40,727 bases of DNA. Source: Octopus bimaculoides. Taxonomy: Eukaryota. The stretch's first letter is position 1. Every line of letters starts with the position of its first letter. Below are positions 1 to 12,744 of this stretch, piece after piece. The position numbers were made by a program, and so were the translations under genes. The stretch lies in contig NC_068989.1 of assembly GCF_001194135.2 (NCBI RefSeq), forward strand, positions 61,541,601 through 61,582,327, in the 5' to 3' direction. The notes under the pieces are model-generated. The model was not told the DNA's origin, made no database searches, and was given only the letters and a program-made list of their open reading frames with translations.

Positions 1-323
1 TACCGTCCACTGCATCTCACATAAGAACGAGATACTGCAGCAGCCTCGGTTTCAGAGGACCTCAGCTCTTCAATGCCCTGCCAAAACATTTGCGAGACAT
101 GCAAGACATGGATACGGAGGTCTTCAAGACAAAACTTGACACTTTCCTCTCCACGGTACCAGACGAACCAATGGCTCTTATACACCAGATGTGCCATCAA
201 AACTCTTGATTGGACCATGTCAGGTGGGGGAGAAGAGCCATGCGAGGAACGTGAAAATCACGGTGGTGCACCAGCATGACCGCAGCCACTTGGCTGAAAC
301 ACATAAATAAATAAATAAATAAA
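1..323 (+). mobile_element. 3' end of a CR1/L2-type LINE (ORF2 C-terminus, 3'UTR, (TAAA)n tail)
   Basis: Frame 3..209 reads PSTASHIRTRYCSSLGFRGPQLFNALPKHLRDMQDMDTEVFKTKLDTFLSTVPDEP...*, a typical CR1-group RT C-terminus (LFNxLP...FKxKLDxFL). Short 3'UTR ends in (TAAA)n at 304-323. Confidence 0.8.
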
Positions 324-507
324 TATATACACACATATAAGTCCATACAAATATATAGATATGCGTATATCATTTAATATACAGAATTTTAAAAAATGCT
401 ACGAATAGTTTCATACTGTTCTTTTCATTCCACATTTTTATGAACCGTCTTCGCCTATTTCTTCTTGTTTTTCTCATGTTTGCTTATAGACCAGCATCCT
501 CTTCCGT

Positions 508-2198
508 TAAAGGAGAGAGATTACTTTACTAGATTTGACTGCAAAACTAGCAACATTTATGGACTTCCCAAAATCAACAAAAGTAAAGCCATTGACGCCT
601 GCAGCGAATCAACTTCTTTAGTCATAAATACTTCACATCTGAGAGATCTCAAAACGAAACTTATTGTGGCCGGTCCCTCGTATGAGACACACAGACTCGG
701 TAATTTTATTCACGTACTCCTCAAACTTATTCGCCAACATATACCGAGTTTTATAAGGGATGATCTGGACTTTTTAAACTATCTCACCAGTAAAACCAGC
801 AAGGACTCTCTTCTGGTGTCATTCGATGCAATAAACCTCTTCATTTCGATTCCTCTCGAATACGGAATACAAGTTATACAATTCTGGCTGGAAAAATTCC
901 CGAATGACATTCCTGACTGAATCGGTAAAAGATTCATCACTGAAAGAATAAAATCCATCTTACAAAACAACTTCTTCAACTTCAACAATAACACCTACAG
1001 ACAAAAATCGTGCACTGCGATGGGAGTGAGGGTAGCCCCTATTTTTGCTAACCTTGTCATGGCATACTTCGAAGTCCAAATATACGGTCACACTACACTG
1101 TAATTTTGAGACAACTTCCAAAAATACTTACTCACCAAGTGGAAACGATACTTGAATGTTTATTTCATTCTGTGGTCGCATAACCTTGAGCAACTCTTAG
1201 AATTTAAAAACTTAATCAACAACATTAATCACAGTATCCAATTTGCAATGAAATACAACCACAAACAGCTACCTTTCCTAGATATCTTAGTCATAAAAGC
1301 AGATATTGAAATTGAAACCGACATCTTCAAACCAACTGACTCAAAACAATATCTTGTATTCTCTTCCTGCCATTCAGAACATACTAAAATAGATATACCG
1401 TTCAACATAGCAGGAAGAATTTGCACGATTGCATCAAATCCCGAAACTCGAGAAAAATTATTCCAAGAACTTAGAAACACGTTACTAGATAGAAAATACC
1501 CGGCCAGTTTAATCAAAAACGTAACTGAACGTGCAAAACCGATAGACATCCAAGAGTTAAGGTAAACATGACAAACCTGACACGCTTGAAACTTTATCTT
1601 ACGTATCAACACACAATCCGAGGAACATGGAAGCATACATCATCATCCACTAAAACATTCCCCTCCTTATGAATGACCTGCAAATGAAAATGCACTGGAA
1701 AAACATAGGATTATTAAAAGCAAGAGTCAATCGCAATCCCTAAAAATGTTATTCGCCAGCGCCAAATTACCCATCAAAAATACAACATTACTAGTCTAAA
1801 AATGCAATCGCCCTAACTGTGGGACTTACATCTACCTTTTGGCGGGCTCGACATATAAATTTAAGACAGATCAAATTTTACCATTAAAAAAATCACTTCA
1901 CATGTGTATCGAAGAACTTGGTCTATGTTCTCAAATGTGGAGGGCGTGATGTGGACTACATGAGTCAAGCTAGTTTGTCTCTGAGGGACAAACTGACGGT
2001 ACACAGGCAACAAATCCAGGACTCACGACCAGGAAAATTCCTGTAAGAAAACAAATAGACCAATGCCCCGCACACGTGAACCCGAAATACCAAATTTTTC
2101 CTCTCTATCAATCCACCGGAAACACTTTAGCCCAATTCAGATTAAATAAGAAGAGCATACCCATTAAAAAATATAAGCCACAGCTGAATATCCTTTAG
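508..2198 (+). mobile_element. Decayed Penelope-like element (RT plus GIY-YIG endonuclease)
   Basis: Frameshifted fragments: IYGLPKINK, LVSFDAINLFISIP, YRQKSCTAMGVRVAP, LPFLDILV...IFKPTDSKQYLVFSSCH, and at ~1903-2020 CVSKNLVYVLKCGG..DY..(GIY-YIG-like)..LTVHRQQI. Multiple stops. Confidence 0.9.
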
Positions 2199-2619
2199 AA
2201 AGAAAAAGAAACACTAAGATGGACAAAAAACTCAATTTCTCAACAAGAAAAAACACCCAGATACAACAGACATAATTCGACAAACGTAACATTCTTCCTC
2301 TCGGTTTTCGAAAATTCAACTCCAAATCACCATAAAATAACACCGTATAAACACCAGTTGCTCATGTTACCTATCTCTAGAGTAATGAAATTTTACCTAC
2401 GATCAGAACCGGACCATCAGCAAATAAAAGCAAACTGACCCTTTAAGAGAATCAACCAGCAGGAACGGTAGATGACCATTCCCTACAAGGAAATCGACGA
2501 GGCAGAACGCTAAACTTGATTAGAAAGAATAGGACGTCATCAGAATTTTAACGAATCAAAAATTAGATCAGTTCACGCAAAAACTGATAAATACACTGAT
2601 TCCAAAACACTCCGTTACA

Positions 2620-2622
<3 letters not shown>

Positions 2623-2673
<51 letters not shown>
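2623..2673 (+). repeat. Poly(A) run, 51 nt
   Basis: Uninterrupted A tract about 420 bp downstream of the PLE ORF remnant. Confidence 0.95.
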
Positions 2674-2678
<5 letters not shown>

Positions 2679-2804
2679 GCACGCGACGGAAAAGGAACAC
2701 AATATCACAGAAACTGTAACAAAACCCATTTTCTTTGCATTCTTTCATTCTTCTTTCTCTCTCTCTCTCTCTCTTAACTCAGTATGACCGAATTTTTGGT
2801 GATA

Positions 2805-3040
2805 AACATTTTCCGTATTCTTCGCCGATCATTTCTGATATTATTGAATTTTGTGAACATTTAATCATTTAAACATGTTAATCCACATTTTTTATATTCT
2901 TCGCCAATCACTTTTGATATTATTGAATTTTGTTAGCATTTAATCATTTAAACGTGTTGATCAACATGTTTTATATTCTTCGTCGATCATGTTTGATATT
3001 ATGGAATTTTCTGAACATTTAACCTTTTAAACCTGTTTTT
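2805..3040. repeat. 79-bp tandem repeat, about 3 diverged copies
   Basis: TATTCTTCG(C/T)C..TCA..TGATATTAT.GAATTT recurs at 2816, 2895 and 2974. Confidence 0.85.
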
Positions 3041-3122
3041 TACTTCGCAATTAAAAAACAAATAATGCCATACGTTTATACCATTGATAAACAAAAAATT
3101 GCTGAAACTAGTTTGGTATGTA

Positions 3123-3345
3123 TACTCTTTTATTCCTTTACTTGTTTCAGTCATTTGACTGCAGCCATGCTGGAGCACCGCCTTTAGTCAAGCAAATCGA
3201 CCGCAGGACTTATTCTTTGGAAGCCTAGTACTTATTCTATCGGTCTCTTTTGCCGAACCGCTAATTTACGGGGACGTAATCGCACCAGCATCGGTTGTCA
3301 AGCGATGTTGGGGGGACAAACACAGACACACTAACACACACATAC

Positions 3346-3387
<42 letters not shown>

Positions 3388-3548
3388 CGGCTTTCTTTCA
3401 GTTTCCGTCTACCAAATCCACTCACAAGGCTTTGGTCGGCCCGAGGCTATAGTAGAAGACACATGCCCAAGGTGCCACGCAGTGGAACTGAACCCGGAAC
3501 CATGTGGTTGGTTGGCAAGCTACTTACCAAACAGCCACTCCTGCGCCT
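3123..3548 (-). mobile_element. tRNA-derived SINE, family A, near full length
   Basis: Minus-strand head GGCGCAGGAGTGGCTGTTTGGTAAG (box A)...GGGTTCAGTTCC (box B), internal (TA)n/(TG)n, tail GGTGCTCCAGCATGGCTGCAGTCAAATGACTGAAACAAGTAAA. Further copies elsewhere in the window. Confidence 0.85.
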
Positions 3549-4559
3549 CAGCTACTTACCACACACCTACTCCTGTATGTAAATAAATTCATTTAAAAAC
3601 AATTACAAGTTTTTCAAATTCAGGTGCATTTTCCACAACAAATTCTCCTATATTTTTTCCTGCGCGGAAATACACTCCTTCTTTTCTGAAATATGTATAG
3701 TAGTCTGGTGGACATACTGAGACATATATCGTTTTATTTGAAGGTGAGAAATATTCTCAATCATTGTTTGGTATGTTGGACAGCTCTGACCAACAAAAAT
3801 TTTCGCCAGAATCCACGATATAAAATAGATGACAGGACTATACTTATCAGTGCCATTACACGTTTAGCGGTTTGGTTGGAATTAACTTCAAAACTAAATC
3901 ACAAACTTGACTCAATGCGAGTATCTGTCATGCATTCCGTCTTAATTCCATGATTGGTGTGTTTCTTGACTTGACTGCAAATGCCAACCGTATAACAAAT
4001 GGCAAACAGCCTTCATTCCAAACATTAGCAGCATAAGTGATCAAGTAAAATTTCTATATAATTAAACATAACAGATTTATGACACACGCCTGATGAAGAC
4101 ATCTTGCATCTAAGGCTTTATAGTTTTCTCAATGTAGAACTTGAAAGAAAAGTAAACTGCTACAGGCTGAAAACTAATTAAGTATAGGAATAGTTACGTA
4201 ATAGTCGTGTGTTAATGCATGCATGCTAATTCAGCTATGCTGTTTGGTATTCTGTTTCGACTATATTGAAACACGTCTGTAGAAGTGTCTATCTGACGAT
4301 GTATGAATAGCAGTAGACTCGTCCTTGTTGGCGGTTTTATTTATTTTCTTAATGCAAATATACATTTAATACTAACAAATTCCCAAATTCATACATATTA
4401 ATGTGTACTATGTATGAGTATATGTATACTTGTCTTATTAGGTATCTATCTATCTGTGTGTCTGTGTATGTCTGTCTAGGTAGTTATCTCTCTCTTTTCT
4501 CCTTGTTCCCCCTCTCTCTCTCACAGTTATTCTTTAGACACACACATAGATATACATAC

Positions 4560-4743
<184 letters not shown>

Positions 4744-4747
<4 letters not shown>

Positions 4748-5458
4748 GAGGAGTGATGTCAGTACACATGCACGGTACACGGCAATTTTTGTTTGCATTG
4801 TGATGCAATGCTGGGACCAGATACGAGACTGAAGAGACCGGAAGGAATTAGTTCCTCACTGCATCCGGAAAGATATTTCATCATCCAAAGGGCGAGAAAA
4901 CTGGGCGTGCTGCCCAGATAGACAAACTTGTCTACCACTTTCAGAATTGCTCCTTCAATCAAGATAGCTGGTTCCACTTATGGATTTCCACTTATGGATT
5001 TAATCAGTGTTGTCCAGGCTAATGGTACAAATACCTAGTTAAGTACCATGTAAGGGCCCTTGAACGCTTTCACGAGAGGTGTCTCACGTACATTCTGAAT
5101 GTTGGCTGGACTTTAAAAATCCCAGACACACAAGTCGTGAGGACAGCTGACGTCTTGTGTATTAAGGCAATGGTGCACAACCACTGGTTACGTTGGACTG
5201 GACACCATGTTAGAATGAAGGATAGCAGGATCCCTAAGTAGATGCTATATGGGGAACTTGTGAATGGAAAGAGACCTCATCAGAAACCAAGGCTGTGATT
5301 TAAGAACTGTGTCAAGTCCTCATTAAACGCCTGTGATATGCAGGAGACTGACTGGGAGAATAATGCCTGTCATCGCCACAGACGAGGACTCAGGTTAAGG
5401 AGGGAGTCGATACTATTGTGAGAGCACGTATTCTGCATGAAGAACATAAGCGCGCTTA
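4744..5458. mobile_element. RTE-clade LINE 3' fragment with inverted 5' part (4744-~5030 minus, ~5033-5458 plus)
   Basis: Minus: TISLDNT...ILKVVDKFVYLGS...[17 protein letters not shown]. Plus: HVRALERFHERCLTYIL...LRWTGH..RMKDSRIPK*MLYGEL..GKRP..KPRL. These are consecutive RTE post-RT motifs on opposite strands. Confidence 0.85.
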
Positions 5459-5467
5459 GTTATATAT

Positions 5468-5499
5468 NNNNNNNNNNNNNNNNNNNNNNNNNNNNNNNN
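5468..5499. other. Assembly gap
   Basis: N run flanked by (TA)n. Confidence 1.
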
Positions 5500-6163
5500 T
5501 ATATATATATATATTCATATTCTTACAGAAATAGGGTAAAACTTAATAATTAATAATTAGTAATTTTACCAAGTAGTTCGGTGTGTTAAAAATCCATTAT
5601 CGGTAAAGTTATATAAACATTATTAAAATTAGGGTTCAGCAAGAATTGCTTCATCACACACCGAAAATTAGAAATAGCAGTCAAAACTACTTTTTCTCTA
5701 CCAAAATATAACTCCCAGACGGACAAATACTCGCAACTACAAAGACAAAAAAGAAAAAAGTAACGAATTCACCGGCTTTGATTAACTGCATACGCGTTTC
5801 AGGATTAAAGAGGTTTAAATTATATTACCTGAACTTTTTTTCCTTCGTCAGTACAGTATTTCAAAATTATAAATCCGAGAATGCTAATACAAGAATAAGT
5901 TATTCGATCAAGCAACATCAAAAAGATTATCCAAATGTGCACCTGTAGGCCGGATGAAAGAGAGGGGAGAGGATGCCTTCCTGAGGAGACTTTAAGGGGT
6001 CCTTACGGTGGAATTCCACTCCCTATTTGGTGATGCATATTGTTGATTTAATCTTTTTGTTAATCTTTGTGTTTGTTTGCTGTTTACACGTTTAACCTCA
6101 GTGTCCCTCGTCTGTGTATTGTTCTTTATGTTTTATGTTCGGCCTTGGTGGACAATACAGACT

Positions 6164-6186
6164 ATAATTATTATCATTATTATTAA

Positions 6187-6265
<79 letters not shown>

Positions 6266-6291
6266 GTTGTTGTTGTTGTTGTTATTATTAT
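6164..6291. repeat. (ATT)n/(GTT)n microsatellite at the 3' end of the R4/Dong-like LINE
   Basis: Directly visible triplet run. Confidence 0.95.
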
Positions 6292-6294
6292 TGA

Positions 6295-8600
6295 ACGTTT
6301 GGTATATTTAGGCAAATATCTACTGCATCAACTGCTACTCCCCCGTGTAGCACCATTATGTGTTATTAATTGTTGTCGGAGGAGTGTAAACTGTTCCCGG
6401 TATTGTATTGCAGTCTTTTGTTGCATTAGCGTTTGTATTGCGTGTTCTGTGTGTAATGCAGGTTGTGTTCTGTTGGGTATTCGGCCTGTGGTAGCTGTTT
6501 ATTTTATTGAATATTTACTCTATAGAGTGTCTTGTGTTCGTGGATTGTTTTGTTTGGGTTATGTTATTGAATTGATAGTGTCATGCGTAGGACGTGAATT
6601 GTTCATAGCAGGGCTATTTATTGGATAGTGTGTAGTGTTAAGTGTCCGGGTATATCTTCTACGTTTTTGGTGATATGTTTTTATCATATCCAATACTTCA
6701 GATACTACTGGTATTGTTTTTACCTTCATACCCCATATCTTGAATGCTTCAAATTTGAAGTCTTGGTACTTTGACAATATTTCTACCTCTTATTGGGCAC
6801 TATTTTGATAAGAAGTCATTGCAATATCTATCGTATTTCTTTCCCGATCCTTGATAGTTATGTATGGAAGAATAGCTTTTATTTTTGGTCAGTTTGAACA
6901 AACAAATCCCAGATGACTGTGCTATGTACCCTGTTTGACTCTTGTTTATACCATTTCTCGTTAGCTTTTACGTTGTAGTGTTGGCATATTGTCCAGTGGA
7001 TGTTAGTACCTACACGGTCATGTCTGTATAAATATCCAGATTTGGCAAAAGCTGGGCTGCCAGAGATGATGTGGTCAATTGTCTCATTGCGCTGGTTGCA
7101 CATTTTGCATTTGGTGCTAGAGCCTGCTTTTATTATTTTCCATTTATAGTTGTTTGTGGTCAAGCATTAGTCTTGTGCAGCTAGAATCAGTATTTCTGTT
7201 TCTGCTCTTAGTCCAGAGCTTTTGAACCATTGATGGCTTTTATTTATGTTCACTTCTTCCCTGTCAAGCCTTGCAGGGTATTGATCATGGAATGAATTTT
7301 CTCTCCATTTCTTCATTAGTATATTTTCTTCTTCTGTTTTCATGTTGTTTTTTGTCTCTTTGATCATTTCTGCTGTTGTCATCTCAGATCAGTGTATCAG
7401 TGTAATTTTCCACTGTTTTGTATGGCATCACCTTCTCGTCTATAGAGAAAGAGTTTTCTTTTTCTGTGTTCCGTTATCTCATGTATTAATCTACCACCTT
7501 GTGTTTCTAAGTACTTTTCCAGTCTAGCTATTATTTTATAATAATTTTCTATCTGTACCAAGCTGCGACCTCCTTCTGGGGTAGAGATATTTTGTCTGTC
7601 TCTGCTTTGGGGTGCTATCTTCGGTTTGCCGTTAATAGTTTTCTTGGTTTTCTATCTAAGTTTCTCAACTCGCTGATCTTCTAGTTTATTATTTTGAAGC
7701 TGTAATTTATCACTGGCATGGCAAGTGTGTTTATTCCTATTATCTAATCTTTAGGGTTGAGTTCAATGTTTAATATTAGTCTAACATTTCTGTAATATTC
7801 TCTCCTAATGTTGGCTTTCATTTCTGTGTGTTGTATTTTAGCTATCTTGTCTATTCCTTGATAATTGTATGAAGAACTGTGTTCTAAAATCTGATTTCTG
7901 TGTCTATGTCGGTAACAGTGTTTTCAGTGCTGATTAATTTGCCTCTTCTTAGTGTCACGTTGGCAAATTTGTCCAGCCCCATCCTCAACTTAATATCCTT
8001 GGTGAGATTATGGACAATTTTCAGAAAATGTTTCTGTTCCCTGGTATTTTTAGTGAAAATGTTTTCATCATCATCCTATAGGGTTATCGTTTATCGTTTG
8101 TCCATAGTATCTGCAATCCAGGGTTGTTTCATTTAACAAGTTTGTTAGTGAAATCTGACCAAGGCAGAAAAGCAGGAGTGACAGCGCGTCTCCTTGGAAA
8201 ATCCCTCTTCTTATGGGTACAGTGCAGCTTTTAATGGCTTGTGATTCATTTTTGCGTGATATACTTATATTTCTAGTTAACCATTGCATGTTGATATTTT
8301 AGTAGTGTTGAAGCTACCTTAGGTATGTGGAGAAATTCCAGTAGCCATGAATGTGGAACACCGTCTAATGTTTTGTGGTAAGCAATCTAAGTCATGTTGA
8401 GGTTTGCCTTTCGCTTCTTACAATCCTCTATAATGGCTCGATTCGCCAGAAGTTGCTCTTTGCAGTCATACACCCTTCTCTAGCCAGCCTTTTGTTCTTC
8501 TGGGAAAACATTTTTGTTTTCCAGGTGCATTACACGCCAGTTATATATGACTGATACGAAGGTGTTGGTAGGTCTTGGTGCATAGTGCTGGAAATTTTTT
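6295..8600 (-). mobile_element. 5'-truncated, decayed R4/Dong-like non-LTR retrotransposon (RT, CCHC knuckle, restriction-like endonuclease)
   Basis: Minus-strand fragments: FPEEQKG, KTLDGVPHSWL, RRGIFQGDALS, LRNLDRK.RKLL, HQWFKSSGLRAETE.LILAAQD, CKMCNQRNETIDHIISG, YLYRHDRV, WDLFVQTDQK, SKYQD.KFE...PVV. Clade assignment from motif recall. Confidence 0.85.
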
Positions 8601-9048
8601 CATTGAAGACCGATTTAAAACTGAAGTTTCCAAAGAATTAATTAGTATAAGCGACCAAAATCCGCATATATTACTACATTCGTATTATTGCCCACCGTTC
8701 TCCGATTATTTACTCTAGGTAGACTCCACAAGCTGATAATTAAAACTACTGAACCGGCTATAGAAGAGCTATAACCAAGTAAACATCTTTCGCAAAGTAA
8801 GAATACAATGTAACATAACAAATTTCTTGGATTGGCGATCAAAGAGACAATTGATAATGAATTGGGGACATACAAGTAAGCAATTTTTCGCAAAAAAGGT
8901 GGTCATTAGAAGGCGGTAACCAGAGCTAGAATCAACAAGGGATTAACCAACGGAAAACAACAACGTGCAATTATAATGCTTGAGTTGATTAGAAAACAAA
9001 TTATACATTGGGTACAATAGCAATATTACCAAGTGAAACACAACTTAC

Positions 9049-9171
9049 AAATTACTAGAATGACTCGACAACTGTAGACAACGCTTTAATAAATGAAGAT
9101 TTAGTAACCAGTCAATACCCATACAAAACACAATGTATCTATTCTTATGTAGGTATAACAACGTGCAATAC
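9049..9171 (-). CDS. Candidate internal exon, product unknown
   Basis: cattcattttag acceptor and gtaagt donor; 123 nt, phase 2-2; only one frame open (YCTLLYLHKNRYIVFCMGIDWLLNLHLLKRCLQLSSHSSN). No recognised homolog. Confidence 0.35.
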
Positions 9172-10110
9172 CTAAAATGAATGTAATTCACGTGTTTATC
9201 TATGGTGTACATACTGTATTTGACGTTGTGTATTTTGTAGAAAGAAATAGGAATCAATTATTGAAGGCTATTTTCAAGTGGTTTTGTTACGAAAAAATGT
9301 ATAATTCTGTGCATGTAAGTACAGTGTCGTGACAGTATACTGGAATAAAGTATAAAACCATAAGTTTTATCATAAATAATCTACTTTACACGTGCACCGT
9401 ATTTCAACTTTATCTTCTTTCAGCTCAACTATATTGTTGCTTATATTCTGTTCGAGAGAATTACCATACAGAATGTATAATTCGGATTTCTAGTTATGGC
9501 ATTTTGTATAGACGTGATTAGTACCAGGCTGATACGCAGCAGCTATGAATTTGTTGCAAATAACTGATAGGCGGATGAAAGTTTAAGAATCGTTTCATCG
9601 TTTTATGAGAAATTTTATTTAGGTAACAACAAAATGCTTCTTAAAGGTAACAGATTTATTACATAATGTACTACACAGATCAGGTATTGGTTATGTACGC
9701 TGAGGAAGGGGGCATAATGGAAAGATATGACCTCACCAAGTAACTACCGAGGTAAGGTTACGTTAATAGTTTATGATATTTTATACATTATATTTAGATA
9801 TTTTTTTAAATTTTCAATAATAGTTGTTGTGCCGAGGAGGATTATGTTAATTCGGTTCCTTGGCCAACGACATCTCCATGTGAAAAATACGGCCACATTA
9901 GATACAGGATAATAGTTTCATACATTAAGAATAGTGCGTCTTACACTTCTGCCATATGAGGAAATAAGGAGCCATATCACTTTAATGTATGCCCATGATA
10001 AAATGAGAAATTTATTATGTTTTCCTTCAAAAACATTAAGCAATCTAAATTAACCTCTCTTCCAAAGTACAAATACAGTAAAATAGCCACAATGAATACT
10101 TGCGTTTCAG

Positions 10111-10201
10111 TCAAAGGGGACTTTTATGTTTTACCCAAAGGCTCAGGAAATGTTTTCCTGTTTACTATTACTCATGGTATTGTTGTCATTCTTGACTAAA
10201 G
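10111..10201 (+). CDS. Candidate first coding exon with a signal-peptide-like segment
   Basis: tttcag acceptor at 10110; open frame SKGTFMFYPKAQEMFSCLLLLMVLLSFLTK (ATG at 10126 or 10150); AAAG|gtaaat donor in phase 1. Confidence 0.4.
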
Positions 10202-10529
10202 GTAAATAATGAATATTTGGGAATTTATAAGATATAAATTCATTGTATTTATTGTATTTCGTTAAAACATTCGTTGTCATTGCATTGGGCTAGTCCTCCT
10301 TGTCCAGAGGTTCGAGAATTAATCGAAAGATCTATGGTTCGAGAATTAATCGAAAGATATAGATATATATATATATGTTTGGGTCGTTGATGACCTCTTT
10401 CTAGCATATAGGATGTCCACCTAGCGGTCATCCCTTATGCACGTGTAATCCAATTTGTTCTGAATTCTCAGATCTTTTTATATGCTAGGCCACTTGGTTT
10501 TAAATTGAATTAATATTCAATTTATCACC

Positions 10530-10593
<64 letters not shown>

Positions 10594-10610
10594 ATATATA
10601 TATATATATA
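10530..10610. repeat. (TCTA)n/(TA)n microsatellite
   Basis: Directly visible. Confidence 0.95.
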
Positions 10611-10678
10611 NNNNNNNNNNNNNNNNNNNNNNNNNNNNNNNNNNNNNNNNNNNNNNNNNNNNNNNNNNNNNNNNNNNN
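10611..10678. other. Assembly gap
   Basis: N run flanked by (TA)n. Confidence 1.
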
Positions 10679-11825
10679 TATAACGTAAATAATAACTCAT
10701 GTAGAGAGTTGTTTATACATTATCTGTAGGAGAGATCTATCTTATTCATTGTCTGGAAAAAATGTACTTTGTATCGACCATCAACACTGACCATAATCTT
10801 TCTATATAATTTATATAGGAAGATGGCAAGTAGAAACAAGATTTTCAATAATATGTAATAATCTGGCCGCTGAGTGGCGATAGGCATGTAATCCTATGGA
10901 CTATTGTCACAACCAATACCGACTTTTATATGTTAATAAAGGTGTCTCTACTGGAGTGCCCAAAAAATTAAATGTAGCAGACAAATCTCTCTCAGATCAA
11001 AGTTTACTTTCTTAAGGTGAGACGGATACATTGTCAAATATATTTAATGAGACACTATGAGAAAATTTAGTATTTGTCACAGTTTAAGCGGCTGCTTTTG
11101 CAGGCACGAATGTGTAGTCAAATGGTTCACTATGCAATAATACGCTCTGATTTCACTACAAAGCCCTTTTTACAATAGCTTTGGCTTGAATAACTTCTTG
11201 TAAATGAAACATAGCTGACAGACATTTCGTTGAAGTTTATTGTATATATGTGTGACTACACCTATACTCACACCTGCAATCAATCACATACGAAATATAA
11301 AGTAAATAGAAGATAAGATACAACATAACGTTCGTTAATAATGAACAGGAGAGAATAGTCAAAATATTGCTTCATTTAGAAATACGAAGTGCTCGTAAAT
11401 TCATATAACGACTATCTGCTTGTCAGTGAGTTATGAGCCACTATTGACGAAACTGCAAAGGACTATCACTCTGTACTTCCTCCCTCAACCTCTGTCTCTA
11501 TCTCTCACTGCCACTCTGGTGTTCTGTCTGCCTGCTTCCTTTTCCTTATAGCCCCTCCTCTCTCTTTCTGTGTTTATATGGACAGTACATATAAAAGAAA
11601 AATGATCATGTATTATTTATACCATACACAGTTAATGCTAACGCTTTCTTTATAGTCTGCCGTTGACGTCGATTTTATGCACACCAAATCAGTGGGGTTA
11701 AATTAATGTACTACGTAAATAGCCCAACGGAAATCAATAGATATTGGAAAAGTGCAATCCAGAAACGAAGTTTTCGATAAGGATTTCATTGGGTGGAGAA
11801 CTTTAACAATAACAACTTATCTTAC

Positions 11826-11916
11826 AGATTGATTATCCGGTGAACTTGACTTCGATCGTTCATTGAATATTTTTGATCAAGCACACAATTGATGTTGTAT
11901 AGGAGATATCGAGGTC
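11826..11916 (-). CDS. Candidate internal exon, product unknown
   Basis: tcatttag acceptor and gtaaga donor; 91 nt; single open frame (PRYLLYNINCVLDQKYSMNDRSQVHRIIN); ends in phase 2 and would splice in frame to 9049-9171. Confidence 0.3.
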
Positions 11917-12620
11917 CTAAATGATACGTTGTATATTCGATTCGGAATCGAACACTGAACAGTGAGGTAATGAACAGTGACATTCAATAGCATATCCCAT
12001 ATCAGCATTATACATTAGACAAAACTGCATATAGTTTGAAGTTAATGACATGTAGAACAGCTTTATATTTATGATATGCTCGGTTATACATGATATTTCC
12101 GTTTAGCTGAAAACATTGACGTTAACTGCTCTAACTTTGGATAACTTTTCACCTTACATATCGATCTTCATACGAACGGGTTAGAAGATATAATGTCGGA
12201 AAATAGAGAACGGAATTTCGACACAAGTTTTTCTATTAATATTAGTATTTCAAGCATTCTTATAATAACTTATATGCTATCGCGTACATCTCAAATATGA
12301 AACTAATATCAACTTCACCTTTCTGTTTAGACCAAAACTAATAACGTCCAGATGTTCTACAATTTTCGATTTAAACTTGTAAGCATTTATTACTATAGAT
12401 GTATATTACTAAAGCAAATGCTAAAACTAGTATCTATCCTGTGTTTGACAATGTTTTATAGAGTACATATGTGCATGCAGTGAATTTATAATATACATTC
12501 AAACACGAGATACATTTATATATATATACGGTGTATATATAATAGTCAGAAAGAATGCGTTATTTGCATTTATCTACTTATCATAAACGTACGCTGTTTC
12601 ACATTTATATAAAGACATAC

Positions 12621-12665
<45 letters not shown>

Positions 12666-12744
12666 CGTGTGTGTATGTAAGTATGTGTAAATGCGCATAC
12701 ATATATATATATACTTACATACATACATACATGCATACATACAT

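Noticed and set aside
4090-4277. Split hammerhead-like halves CTGATGA (4090) and GAAACACGTC (4268)
   Set aside because: About 170 nt apart with no convincing helix I or II; at best a very decayed remnant.
6077-6628. 183-aa poly-Ile ORF, and poly-Leu/Asp ORFs at 36797-37207
   Set aside because: Read-through of trinucleotide repeats and the antisense of a LINE 3'UTR.
6164-8600. Claim that the first R4/Dong-like copy inserted into (TAA)n
   Set aside because: Only the 3' side has the repeat; the 5' truncation flank does not, so a simple tail cannot be excluded.
9679-9751. Exon-like segment with two in-frame TGA codons (selenoprotein idea)
   Set aside because: No recognisable selenoprotein motif or SECIS evidence; better explained as UTR or non-exonic.
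10309-10431. 23-bp direct duplication and a small GATGACC...GGTCATC hairpin
   Set aside because: No ribozyme core; consistent with local slippage.
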